NCBI GenBank assembly: GCA_002269645.1
Contig: NIVC01000911.1
Coordinates: 349,298-413,297, forward strand
Length of the DNA stretch: 64,000 nucleotides
Source of the DNA: Macrostomum lignano
Lineage: Eukaryota
Direction: 5' to 3'
A model generated the notes under the pieces. It saw nothing but the letters and a program-made list of their open reading frames with translations, had not been told where the DNA came from and did no database searches. Position numbers and translations under genes: made by a program. This document shows, one piece after another, positions 45,651 to 57,830 of this stretch (its first letter is position 1; each line of letters opens with the position of its first letter).

Positions 45651-48489
45651 CTTTGACATAATTCAATGCCTGACGATTAGAAAGTCACAAGGGCCGCTCC
45701 TGTATACACACTGTGTGAGCGTGTGTGTGATTTTTTATTTATTTGACTAAATTGACACATCATTATCCTGTAGTCTGTTTTGTTCTGTTCTGAATGCTTT
45801 TTTATTGCGGTCATTTTTGGCGCACTCAGTTGACGTAGGAATATTTATAAATTAATCAATTATGATTTATAATGTTTCAATATTTCCACCCGATAATTTA
45901 TCGTTGTTTATTTTTTGGTCGCAAGGCCTTGAAAAATTGCGGTTGTCTTCGAACTAGCATTACCGTGCCCTTGTTAGTACCTTGGTAACATTCCTACATG
46001 TATGTTAATCGTTTTTATTCAATTAGCTTACTTTATAATTATAATGCTGTTTAGAAACTTTACTATTGAAATATACGAGTATTATGCCAAAGCTGTTTGT
46101 TAATTGAAGCTTTTGACAGCAAATACAGAATTAAGACGTGTTGATTGAAGCAGAATTATTTAGTTTCAAAATCAGAATCAGTTTTCTACCTATCAGATTT
46201 CATAATTTAGCGAGTTAGAATGTCACAAGAATTTGGTAGTGTTGTATCCGGTGGCTCCAACTTAAAGCCTGAGTTGCAGCGTCGGATAGTTCGGGCTGCC
46301 ACCGGTTCCTTCAGACCTCAGTCTGCGGTCAGGTGAGGGTCCCTTTGGAACGAACTCAGCCTTTCTGAACAGGCGCTCCAAGGAAACTCGCTTAGAGTAC
46401 TCCTAAGAGCTTCAGAAATGTTGAGAATATGATGAAAATCTCGTTCCGGTGTCCATAGTCACCTGGTGCCATCTGTTGAAGCGGCCGACGGCGTCGGGGT
46501 GATGATGGAATTCTTGAGACGCTAGCTGAAGGTGTCCAGCAATTGAGGTTTGCCCACTGTCTAGGCTTAATCAGCGAAACTGGAGAAATTCCCAATAGTC
46601 CATTGTCACCTGCATGGTGCAACCTGTTGAAGGTCCAGAAGCTGTTAAAAGACAAGGGCACCGAAGCACGCGGGTCGGGCAGGAGCGGCTGCTTAAACCC
46701 AACAGGCTGTCGGCCTCACCTAAGTCTAGTGGCTCATTACCGTAGCGAGTCTTTGTTAGCGAGTATTTGACCGCGGTTGTCTAGCGTCGAGTTGTTTCTA
46801 ATAAAATCGAAAAAAATTACAGACGCGAGTATTTTGAACCAGTTTTCCACAAAAAGTTCATTTCGGTGAGTCCCTGGTAGCAGCTTCTGTATGTCAGTTT
46901 TAAAAAAAAGAAATTTGGTTTGCAGTACGCCCACTTCTCAGGGTCCCAGTCCTCAGGTTGAGAAATTTGCAGACAACAATGGAACTCAGCTCTGAATGAA
47001 TAGCAGCGCCCAGAATCATCGATTGATGCAGCCAGCCTGAGAGACGGAGTCACGCTTCTTTGGTAGGCTGCATCGAGTCTCCAGGCATTCTTAACAGCAG
47101 CTGTCGCTAAAGCAGGGTGCCCACCTTTCAACTGCAGAGGCTTGAGGCCTATATGCTGTGTAGTTGAAAAAATTTGGTGTAGTTCGTACACGTGCAATGT
47201 CAATGATGAAATCAACATGTGTGCGGCTAATTTTACTACTCTCGAAGTAGCTCGTAGTTTGATAATTGCAATCACTTAGCAGTACAACGTACTGTATGCT
47301 TGCATCTGGCGCATAGCTCCACCTGTAGGAGTAATCTCCGCGCGCAGAAACTCCTCACAACGCAGTTTAAGAAAGAGTTCTAAAGCAATTTTTTCTTCAA
47401 GTTAAAGAGAAAAGCCATACATTGTTAGTCACTCTTGATTCCACGCAACTCGGGAACAATGGAACAGCAGAGAAGCTCCGATCCCCAGAATTATCGATTG
47501 ATGAGGCGCCCAAGAGAACGAGGTGAGTTTCTTGGAAAGCAAGAAAGCTTGTCTCGTGGGATTTACGAGTACCATAGCTGGGTAATGGCTATAGCTATAG
47601 CACTCCTATTCAACGGTTATTGAAATTCAATTTTAGGCAGTATAAAACGTCAAGTCCCGGGTCAAACAGGACAGATTTCTCAAGTCTATGGCAGAAACTC
47701 TCTAAATTTGGCGCTCTTGACACCGACAGGGATAGCTTGATATGGATCAAACAAGAAACAGACAGCAGTTCTTAGAAATATCGCAAATAGCAGATCTCAA
47801 TGCAGAAGATATTTGTAGCTGACTATGATTAGTAACAATAAAAACGGTTTTATCATGTTGAATCATCTCCTTGTCTATCTCATTGTGCATTATCTCATCT
47901 TCAACCTTGAGAGAGGAGAGCTCGGAGGCAGCTCTCCGGTCGATGGCCAAGCGCGGCCGCACGGATCTGGGAAAAACAGCTCTCAGGTGCTCCGTATTTA
48001 TAGCTGAGTGGACCCTCAAAGTCACGTGAGTTTCATGTGGTGAGCGCGTGAAACTTCCTTATTTGGTCCTCAGAATCATGCGAGCGATGCGTGATCCAAG
48101 GCCAACTTCCAAATAAGGTAACCTGTCACGCAGCAGTAGCATGATCCAAGGTCAGTGGCCATGCTTAACATACGTGCACATTCACGTGCTTATTCTGTGC
48201 TAAAATAGAACTTTGGCGGATGAGTCATCCTGTTTACTCCCTCTAGGCAGCCATTACACTCAGGGCAGGTGATGAGTCATCCTGCTATGCCTCCTCAGCG
48301 CGAGTGGGGAAGACTTGTGTGGCTGCCTACGCCTGCTCGGGCGATGTGTCATCGGGCAGTAAACACTTCGGCCCAGCACAGGGTAACTCTCTCTCGCACT
48401 GGTGGACTGATCTGCTGTGCAGCGGATCACAGAGCTCTTAGGGAAAGCTAGCGAATGCTGCTGAATAGCCAGTTAGCAGCCTGTCACTA

Positions 48490-48610
48490 CAATTATCTCA
48501 TCTTTATTCTTGAGGGAGCCGTTATCTCATCTATCTCATTGTGCATTATCTCATCTTCAATCTTGAGGGAGCCGGTATCTCATCTATCTCATTGTGCATG
48601 ATCTCATCCA
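48490..48610 (+). repeat. Short tandem repeat of about 53 bp (TTATCTCATCTATCTCATTGTGCA...GAGGGAGCCG), with a single related copy near 47872-47915
   Basis: Directly visible. Confidence 0.8.
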
Positions 48611-48789
48611 TAATTCGGACGCTAATTTTGCTGGAGGGTAGATTTGAACATGATATATGACGGCTAAACCTTGAAACTCAGCTTGACAAGGATTTGCTAA
48701 TGTTGTTCTTAAACAGCGCTAGAGTTTTAGCGCAAAGCTGATTGCAAGTTTAAATGACTGGCACAGCTGTAGCCTAAAAGACAATTCTC

Positions 48790-49198
48790 GTTTCCAGTAA
48801 ATGCATAAAAGCTTCTGTCATGGGTTTCAGTTCTAATGCGAAATTTTCCGACTGCAATGGAACGCTTATCTGAGAATCATCTATTGATGGAGCTGCCTGA
48901 GACTTAGGTTGTTCTGCGACGACTTTAGTGCACCTGACTGCAGCCGTGCCCATTTCCCACTCATTCTTGGCAGCAGCTCACTGAGGTAGGGCACCTCGCA
49001 CAACTCAAGACTTTAGCCGCACACCTACGCAACATTGGTAATTTTTGAGCTGCCTTCGTAACGATGCGTGAACAATCCAGTACTGAAAGATGTTATTAAC
49101 TCTTCTAGAAGTTGAGTATGCAAAAAAGTTTTATTCTAAGCCGACACCCTCTGTTGCATTTACGAGTACTTTTATTCTGTACAGTTGAGGCTAATCCC
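48790..49198. repeat. Diverged dispersed repeat, paralogous to 54545-55010
   Basis: Colinear shared blocks: AATGCATAAAAGCTTCTG, CTATTGATGGAGCTGC, TCTTGGCAGCAGCTCACTGA, AACGATGCGTGA, GACACCCTCTGTTGCATTTAC, TTGAGGCTAATCC. Confidence 0.85.
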
Positions 49199-49966
49199 AA
49201 AAATTAGTGTCAAAAACGATGACATCCTGCCTTCTTTCTTTCTTTTGTTCTGTCTTTTGTATAAGAAAGTTTTAATTCAAAGGAGCTGCTTCAGTCAGAG
49301 CAGCTCAGCGGAAATCGCGTCTGGCTCTCACACCATGAACCCACCATGAGAAATTCTTCTATTTCCAAAAAATGGGATTACACGAAAATTGCCCGCGCTG
49401 ATCTTGCAATTCACAACCACCACCAACAGCCAAGGCCAAAGCCCAAGGCACACAGAGTGCCCATATCGGACCGTCTGACGTTTGAATGTTCTAAGGAGTC
49501 AGGGGTATGGGCAGAACTGTCTGAGCGCTGGCTGTGATCGACGACGACGACCTCATTGCAATTATAATTAATACTCCTGAAACTCCTGCAAAACAGCGCT
49601 CAAAAATCATCTTTAGACAAAGCTCCTGAGCCACGAGGACATCTGCCTGGGATTGGCTGCCTCTGCTCAGACTTTCTACCACATCTACTTGATTTAGTCT
49701 CTAGGAGTGGCAAGCGACTTCTCAGCTCCCAGAAACAAGAAGAAGCAAACGAACCCTGCTTCCCGCCTGCAAGTGTATACACGAGTGGTATATGAGCAAT
49801 TGATTTGGCATTTCGGTAGCCAAAACTCTCAAGCCATTTATTCAAAAAGAATCGCAAAATATTAAAACTGAAATCAAGCTGCGGGGTCTCTGCAAGCATG
49901 GATGAAAAAATTCTGTCTTTACAATTGCTTTTCTTATTCGGTAAGTGACTACCACCCTGACTTAAA

Positions 49967-51390
49967 ATGGGTTGGTTTGCTCAGTTGTTCAATGGATGCT
50001 GTTTATTATTGATCGCGCATTGCCCCAACGCAGTTTGCTGCTCTCTCGTGCTTCGAGTACAAGGCACCACCAGTGTGCGGACCTATTCTGTGTGCTCAGA
50101 GCAGCAGCTTCACATGCTGGAAGCCGTTCTGAACGCCTACAACAACGTCACGACAACAACCGAGGCCACTACTGCAATCGACTGTCTAGCAAAGTGCCAG
50201 AGGGTGAGCTGCAGCGCTGCCGTCTCGGTGGAGAGCAATGCCACGTGCGAGATGGTCACCATAACAACCGCCAAGCTGTCAATCTCAGCAGATCAGGTGC
50301 AGAAAGTCATCGGATCTCAGGTCGGTGCGAAGATGTGGAAGGCGGACGACAGCGACTGGCCTTCTCCTGCAGTGCAGCTTCGGAGTGAGTCATCAATGCA
50401 TAGTCTTTTTCGAGGGTGGCTACCATGATTTCGGCACAGACAGAAATTGCACTCACTCCAATTTTGTAACTCGCTGACGCTGCTCGATTGCAGACAGCAG
50501 CAAAGGAAGAAACGGCTCAATCCAAAGCGTCCTCATCAACACGACCGGCTGCTACCTGATTAGAGCTGCCGGAGCCAGAGGTGGCGGAAACTTACTGAGG
50601 AGCACATCTGGAGGCCAGGGAGCCCAGGTGAGCGCCAGAGTCAACCTGACAGCCGGCACACAGCTGAGCATCGTTGTGGGTCAGATGGGCGGCTCGACCT
50701 CCTTGGATTATGAAGGAGGCGGTGGAGGAGGCGGCAGCTTTGTGTACCGGACGGTCGACCAGCTGCTGCTGCTGGCTGCCGGCGGAGGCGGCGGAGCATC
50801 AACCGGTAAAAATGGTGAGCTCAGTAGCTGTAGTGTAAATTATTTAAAAAATCCACTTGAATCAACAGTTTGATTTTACCGCAGGTAAACCAGGAGAGAC
50901 AGGGATAAACGGTTCTGACAGCCTGGGTAACCACGCCATCTACATGGGATTCGGCGGCACCAACGGTCAGCCGGGCTCCAACAGCCCCGCTGACACCCCA
51001 AGTGATAGAGCCCACGGCGGCTGCGGCGCCGGCTGGCTCGGCAGGGCCGTCAACCCCAGGCGGAGCTCCTCGGACGGAGAGAGAGGCGGCAGTCTGGCCG
51101 ACGGCTGGGTCGGCGGCAGCGCCGGAGACGGCAGCGTCTGCGATGGAGGCTTCGGCGGAGGCGGCGGAGGCGGCGGAGGCGGCAGCAGGACCGGCTCACT
51201 GAAAGGCGCCCCTGGAGCCGGCGGCGGCTTCAGCGGCGGTGGAGCCGGACTGGCCTACGGCCACATCGGCGGTGGTGGAGGCTCCTTCTGCAGTGGCGGC
51301 TGCGTGTTCGGCGGCACCTGGACCGGCAACCAGGGCTTCGTGTCCGTCCTGCTGGAGTCGGCCACAGCCGCGTGCGACTCGGGCACCTGA
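49967..51390 (+). CDS. Secreted protein with a PAN/apple-like Cys module and an ALK/LTK-type glycine-rich domain, 3 exons, about 414 aa
   Basis: Exons 49967-50384, 50494-50814, 50885-51390, with two short phase-1 GT-AG introns. Hydrophobic N-terminus; DCLAKCQRVSCSAAVSVESNATCEM; Gly-rich domain signatures GCYLIRAAGARGG...GGQGAQVSARVNLTAGTQLSIVVGQMGG, GGGGGGSFV, LLLLAAGGGGG, GGFGGGGGG, GAGGGFSGGG, GGGGGSF, GFVSV. No transmembrane or kinase region before the stop. Confidence 0.82.
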
Positions 51391-52859
51391 TGGCACTGCA
51401 ACCGCTTGCTCATTTTGGGCCTGGCGAGCTGTCGTGTTTCAACTTTGATGGTCATTGTGTAGTACTGTTTATTCTTGTGAACCGTGAAGTTTTTCTTTTG
51501 GTTCAAATAGGTTAGTTCTTTGGAAGCTTGGATGGCTACTAGTAGACCATAGCAGTTCAATCGAATATTAGTCATTGCAAAATACTAGCAATTATTTGGG
51601 GAAGGGTTTTAAAGTAGGCATAATAAATTTTGTTAGTTTGCTTTTTATAAATGTAGCTAAACAATATTTAATTCAAGAATATCCGCACTATGCTGCTAGT
51701 GATAAGAACATTGTAGTCACTAACTTCTCCTCCCTAGTAGTGTATGTGCATTATTAAATTCATAACTTGCAGCCAATGTGATTAATCATGTTTTTACTTT
51801 TCATTAGATCTCTATATTCTTAGCTTAGTTTTCGTACAGAGGTAATTTTTCTTCAGTATGTTTTTGCTGTCTCTGTCCGGAAATCACGCCATACTGAACT
51901 GCTATTCACCTGATTATGGAATCCTTTCTCTGCTAGTGACTTTGCACTCAGGCAACTTAAACAGTTCTCAAATCCCAATAATTAATAAATACTGAATGCA
52001 CTCGTCTGTTTGAAGCCGCTCGTCTTTTTTTCTGCCAGAGAATTTCTGGGCAATTTTTCAACGAGATAAACAGATTTGTGTTGTCAGCTGTCTTTCAGTA
52101 TCTGCTTTCGGCCCTCGGCTGCATATTCCTGCAGTTGCTCCATACTTCTTGCTAGGCTCAAGTATGAACAACCACGATGGAATTGCAAGGTTTTAAACTT
52201 TGTATGTAGGCCGCTAAGCCTGTAGAGTTATTAGACCATACCGTAATGCTCTACTTGAAGTAATATTCTAAGGAAGTCAATTTCTTTCAAATGGAGTCAT
52301 ATCTATTTTAGGAATCACGCGCAAACAGAATGATTTAGAAACCTACATTGTTTGATCAAGGAACCGGATTCCAACAGCTGTATTTGCTTAACCCCATATA
52401 TGGTAATGCTCAAACATGCATGACAGCTTAATCAAACATTTTTGACCTAAGTAAATACCCAATCCCAAACCGGTTTTTCTCCAAAATTTTGCTATAAATA
52501 TAAGTGAAATTTGAGTCAAAAATTCAGACTCAGAGCGGTCTCTAAGAAGACTCTGAAGAAATAAGAAGACCAATCTCTGAGGGACCACACCTGTCCAATT
52601 GGTAAGCGTTTACCCGATTTAGTTATTTGTTACTAGCGCTAATAAGTTGGTTAATTGAGTTATACGAGAGCAGTTCATTGTCGATACATTTGAGAAAGGC
52701 CTCCTTGTTTCCTAGGATATTCCTAGAGGATTTATTGATTTAATTGAGTTATCCGTTACATTTCGGACGTAACGAAGAAGCCGCCCTTCAGGAGGACCTA
52801 TCACAGAAAATTAGAGAATTCAATTGTTCATTAGGGCGCACGTTCTATTGTTAATTCCG

Positions 52860-53115
52860 AGCTCGAGGACCGTCAAGAATTCTGATTCGCTCTCGTTCTG
52901 GTCGACCCACAGATAAAGTTAAGGACACCAAGGAACAACAGTTTTTCACCGGAACCGGTCGCCGTAACCGCTCAGCAAGCTTGCTATCCCGACGCGCCAC
53001 AGAACTCCACCGGCTGCCGACCCCAAGAGGATCCGCTGCAGTAAGTAGTTTGAACTGGTAAATACCTAGGCACTTGTTCCCCAGTGTCTAGAAGTGGGAG
53101 TTTTTGAGTGACTGA
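52860..53115. repeat. Diverged duplicate of about 53835-54030, flanking the RTE fragment
   Basis: Shared blocks CTGATTCGC.CTCG..T.TGGT.GACCCACAGATA and GTTCCCCAGTGTCTAGAAGTGGGAGTTTTTGAGTGACT. Confidence 0.75.
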
Positions 53116-53389
53116 TCACCACTCTTAAACTCTTCAAGCCTTTAACGGTAGCTTTACATAGTAGTTGAACATGTTTACATGAAGACAGATTCTCGAGTTG
53201 CTATGTGCTGCGTCCTAGACATCTACCTAGGTGGAAATTCCTGTCGCTACCCTCATCAGACGACGAGCGAAAAATGGTTCTGCCGACCTGGCCGATCGAG
53301 AGCATTGCAAATTCCCACAGATTCCATCCCTAATTCCAATACATTAAAAACAACAAGACTTCTCCCGCCAGACACTTGATCAGTGACCA

Positions 53390-53830
53390 TAAATGGGGGG
53401 AGAAGTCAGAGAGCGCGTCCTCAAGCTCTCAAAAAGTCACACCCCGGCTTGGTCCGAGGCGCCAGCATCAGTCAAAAGCTGGTCAGGATATCTCGCCGTT
53501 CACCCTTGGCCTCGCCTGCGCAGTCCCTGCAGCTTGAGCAGCAGCACTTCGTGTAGCGGGCTTCCGACCGGATGATATGGCCAGCTAGTCAAAGTCGTCG
53601 CCCGCGCAGCAGGTCAGAAGGCCGCATCAGGCGCGCCCTTGCGTAGAGCGCGGCGTTGGTCTCGCTGTCTGGACCGCTGCGCACTCCGAACTCCGCACGC
53701 AGCATGGCCGCATGCGCAGCGTCCAGCTGCATCTCTAAGGCGCCCGGCAGGGTCCAGGTCTAGGCGTTGTACAACAAGACAGTCTCAACGACTGCCTGAA
53801 ACAGCCGAGTCTTGAGCCTTTCATCCAGGG
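53390..53830 (-). mobile_element. 5'-truncated RTE-clade non-LTR retrotransposon fragment (pseudogene)
   Basis: Minus-strand translation LDERLKTRLFQAVVETVLLYNA*TWTL...LDAAHAAMLRA...NAALYARA...PSDLLRGRRL*LAGHIIR, typical of the post-RT region of RTE elements. Confidence 0.85.
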
Positions 53831-55129
53831 CTCATTCCTGATTCGCGCTCGCTTTTGGTTGACCCACAGATACGAGCTTAAGTCAACGACTCACAGAGGC
53901 AACATCCGACACCAAGCCGAACCAAGAAGTCAAGAAGCTACTAAAGGAGCCGCTCCAGTAAGAGTTATTTGATTTTGCATGTAGCCAGTGTTCCCCAGTG
54001 TCTAGAAGTGGGAGTTTTTGAGTGACTCGGCGAGAATCAGTATATGGGCACTTGGGTATCATTGACTTAAGTTGGTTGCCTTTAGGAAATTTAAAAGTAG
54101 CCCAAAGCATTTTTCACAGTGAGTCTATGGCGGGTGCAAAATTTGTAGTTTAAAACGAGGCCTACTGTAGGGAACATTTGCCACCGATTTTGCTACAGCT
54201 TTGGCCACAGCTTTTGCCACATCTTTCGCCATAGTTTTTGCCTCATGAGCGGGTCCAGAGGCTTGGTGCATAAGTTTCATGAACTCCTCACAACAGTTCC
54301 TAGGCAGTTAATTCAACCGAATTATTCCCTGTCTTACTACAAACTTGTCGAAGCCTGGCTTCTCTATCTGAGTTTCACCGTTTAAAGCAGCGTTCACGAG
54401 CGAGGGCTTCATGTTGAAGCCTCATGAACTCCACACTTGAGGCTGTCGCTGCTGCCGTGCGAAAATACCTCCACATTTCTGGTTATTCTTCAAATCCCTA
54501 ATCCCTGCATCTGGACCCTGTAGCCTTCACTTATGTCCCATGCTTTCCAGTCAATGCATAAAAGCTTCTGGTTCTCAGTCCCAGAAAAGCTTCTTTTCCT
54601 TTATCAATGGCACTCAGTTCTGAGTAGCGGCACCCAGAATCTTCTATTGATGGAGCTGCGTGAGTGTTAGGTTTTTGTGCGGCTTTCCAGCTGTGTCAAG
54701 TCCCTGTTCACTCTTGGCAGCAGCTCACTGAAGCAGATTGCCTCACACAGTTAAGCACTTCAGCCGATTTATCATCATGTATCATGATATATATCATATA
54801 TGATATCGTCATCATATACTTTATTCAGCCGCCGATGCAACGATGCGTGAGCAATGCAGTATTGAAAGATGAAAACTCGTCTAGATGTTGACTATGCCAA
54901 TTATTTATATCTACCTGTATTCTTTTCTATATACGGTATTCTATTATATTATATTCTAAATTGACACCCTCTGTTGCATTTACTTTTATTCTGTACACTT
55001 GAGGCTAATCCAGACAACACCCGCCAAACCCGTGATATGGGCGGCTCCCGCCTCCCCGCTGCGTCTTCGAACCGCCCTACAGCTAAGTCATGGAATCACT
55101 TGCAGTTGCACTTGCAGAAAGCAGCTCAC

Positions 55130-56415
55130 ACCAGATAGATAAGCATTCAGGATTAGTCAGTCTTCTTGTTGATCTCCCGATAGTCTATGGTCAGGCGGAG
55201 ACTGTCATCCTTCTTTGTCACGTACACCGGTGGAGCCACGTACGGACTTTCGCTCAGCTCCATCACGTCGTTCTCCAGCAGTTCCTAAATCAGCTGCTCC
55301 ACCTTCTCCCGGTAATGCACAGGCATTCGGCGCGCGGTGGCACTCGGCAGGTACTTCATCCGAGAGAAAAATTCGGTGCTGTTGCAGATGAGCTAGCCCT
55401 GGCTTTTTCTAGAACAAGTCTTTGAACTCCACCAGCAGCCGTTGTACATTAGGGTCATCGGTAGTCGGCAACTCGAACTCCTTACAGCTGAACTCGGGTG
55501 TGAGTGTGTCTTCGATGTCAACTGGATCGTCGGTGTCAGCCTCGGTGCTGCAGACTTGGCCGGCTTCTTGTGAAGACCATGTGAAGTCCAGTTGCAAATT
55601 TTGCTTGCCGATGAAGTCGACTCCAGCAATGACAGGACAGACCAAACCTGACACAACGAAAAACAATTGCTGAGCTGCCACTCCACCACCGGCAATTCGA
55701 TTTGCCGTTCTATGCTAATTGGCAGCTTGTTCACAGAATGAGGTTGCACTCTGACTGTGGTTGCCTGTCTGAGCTGGGATTTTGTCAGGATGCTGGACTC
55801 AACTAGTGAGCACTGGCTTCCGGTGTCTAAAAACGTCTTCACACTACTGCCATTAAGCTTGCACTCACACTGCGATAGTCGGTCGGGCGCGACGCTGCAT
55901 CCGTCGAGGATCCGGGGCGCCAGGACGCCAGCTCTAGGGAGTGCCCGGATCCAAAGCGACGGAAACTAACAGCTTCGGCTCTGGAGCTGAAAGTGGCATT
56001 GCTTCCTTTGCTGCCTCCTCCGTAGGTCTTGGGGCTTCTATTGTGGCTGAAGCTGGTTCTCTCATGGCGCAGTTTGGATTTCAGTCTGTGATTTCAGTTC
56101 CTTCCTAGAGAAGCTGATTGGCTCTACCGGCCGCAGCATCGGCTGCTTCGATGCACGGCAAGCCGGAGTACGCAGGCACCCACGCAAGCTTAACCTCGCA
56201 CCTCAGGTCCTGAATTTGGACGATGCGGTTTCTGCCCCCCCCCCCCCCCAGTGCCCATGAGACCCTTAAGAGCGCTTGCGCTGTCTGAGATGATGGCGGT
56301 AGCTCGACAGTCCCGGACGCTGTTCTGGAGACTCGCCTCGGCAGCGTACATTTGCAGTGTCACAAATGCAGTGTATATTTCTGACATTTAAAAAGTAAGA
56401 GTCGCTGTACCCCCG
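55130..56415 (-). mobile_element. Degenerate Ty3/Gypsy fragment (gag-like region, protease, RT N-terminus)
   Basis: Protease KTFLDTGSQCSLV; FFVVSGLVCPVIAGVDFI; RT start RPRRMPVHYREKVEQLI*ELLENDVMELSESPYVAPPVYVTKKDDSLRLTIDYREINK. Frameshifted and truncated. Confidence 0.88.
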
Positions 56416-56416
56416 C

Positions 56417-56456
<40 letters not shown>

Positions 56457-56637
56457 TGAGTGAGTGAGTGAGTGAGTGAGTGAGTGAGTGAGTGAGTGAG
56501 TGAGTGAGTGAGTGAGTGAGTGAGTGAGTGAGTGAGTGAGTGAGTGAGTGAGTGAGTGAGTGAGTGAGTGAGTGAGTGAGTGAGTAAGAGAGTGAGTGAG
56601 TGAGTGAGTGAGTGAGTGTGTGTGTGTGTGTGTGTGT
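56417..56637 (+). repeat. Compound microsatellite (GT)n(GAGT)n(GT)n
   Basis: Directly visible. Confidence 0.98.
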
Positions 56638-57830
56638 TTGCGCACGGGGCATATGTTGGGCCATACGCATACAACGGGACCCGCGCTGTTGGGCCAAAAA
56701 AAATGTTGGGACTGTCCCATCAAGTCCGTCCAACACTTCCAAAAAAGTTACAATAGCAGCTCAAAAAAATACTCTATGGATTCAGCTCGACAGCCTCTTT
56801 TTGATGGTGCAACTCATTTTTAATAATTTTACTTTCTGAGTCCATAATTAAGCAAAAACTGGCGTCCCAATAATGAAAAATGATACAAAATTCGACCAAA
56901 TCACTATTGGGACACTGAAATGGCTAATCTGCTCCCGTATATTTTTATTGGTTTTTTCTCATATTTTTACTAATAGTAGATTTCAAGCGCATTCATTTGC
57001 TGCAGTCTTTGTTTCAAGACGTAAATACATAGCATACATTAAAATACATACAAAGCAAAGCATAGCAAAACACTTTTAAGGGTATTTTATTGTCAAAGGA
57101 TGGTTCTGGATGGAGATAAACCTAAAGAAATGACAAGGGCTTACATGTACTTCTGACTGTGATGGGCATCAGTACTCTACACGAACTAAATTGTTAGGAC
57201 AGTGTTGCAGTGTTGAATACAACAGCCCACTCTTGTTAGGACTCATGCTATTGACTGCTGCGCGCATTCGATATTCTATAAATTGTTGGGACTGTGTGCT
57301 AGAGTGTCGTTTACAAAAGCCCACTCATATTAGGACTTACCCCGTACATGTTAGGACTAAGCCCTACCCCCCTGTGTACATGGCTCCAATTTACCAGAGT
57401 CCCCTTGCTAGTTAAGTGTACATTTATTTTGGTCTATTATTGACGCCACCCCGCAAACGTACGGTAAAACTAAATTGGCATGTACTCGCTATGCTGAAAT
57501 CAATGGTCAACTCTGCCTCTGCCATGGCACCCGAGTCACCATGGTATGGAAAGAACAGCATGGAATGGCACAGCGAGAAACATGTAAGTGGTATTAAAAA
57601 ACTTTGTCGGAAACAATAAGAATTTATATTTAAATGCTATAAAAAATACTGCTCCTGCTAAGCAGTACCTACCTTTACTTCAGGTATATCACCTTTGATC
57701 AACTGCCATGTGGCGCAATTGCCAAAGTATCCGTCGAATTTAACCGGTAGGCTGTAAAAGCTTTGAGTAAAACTTGACATTTCGTCTGAATCCATTGACA
57801 TTCAATAGCCTACGTGTCCAACCACAAAAA

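Noticed and set aside
46817-47275. 152-aa minus-strand ORF and neighbouring short ORFs
   Set aside because: No recognisable family motif; they overlap decayed duplicated sequence, so I cannot support them as a gene.
57420-57780. Exon-like blocks with GTAAGT donor and TTCAG acceptor just before the satellite
   Set aside because: The translations are short and unrecognisable, with no coherent gene model.
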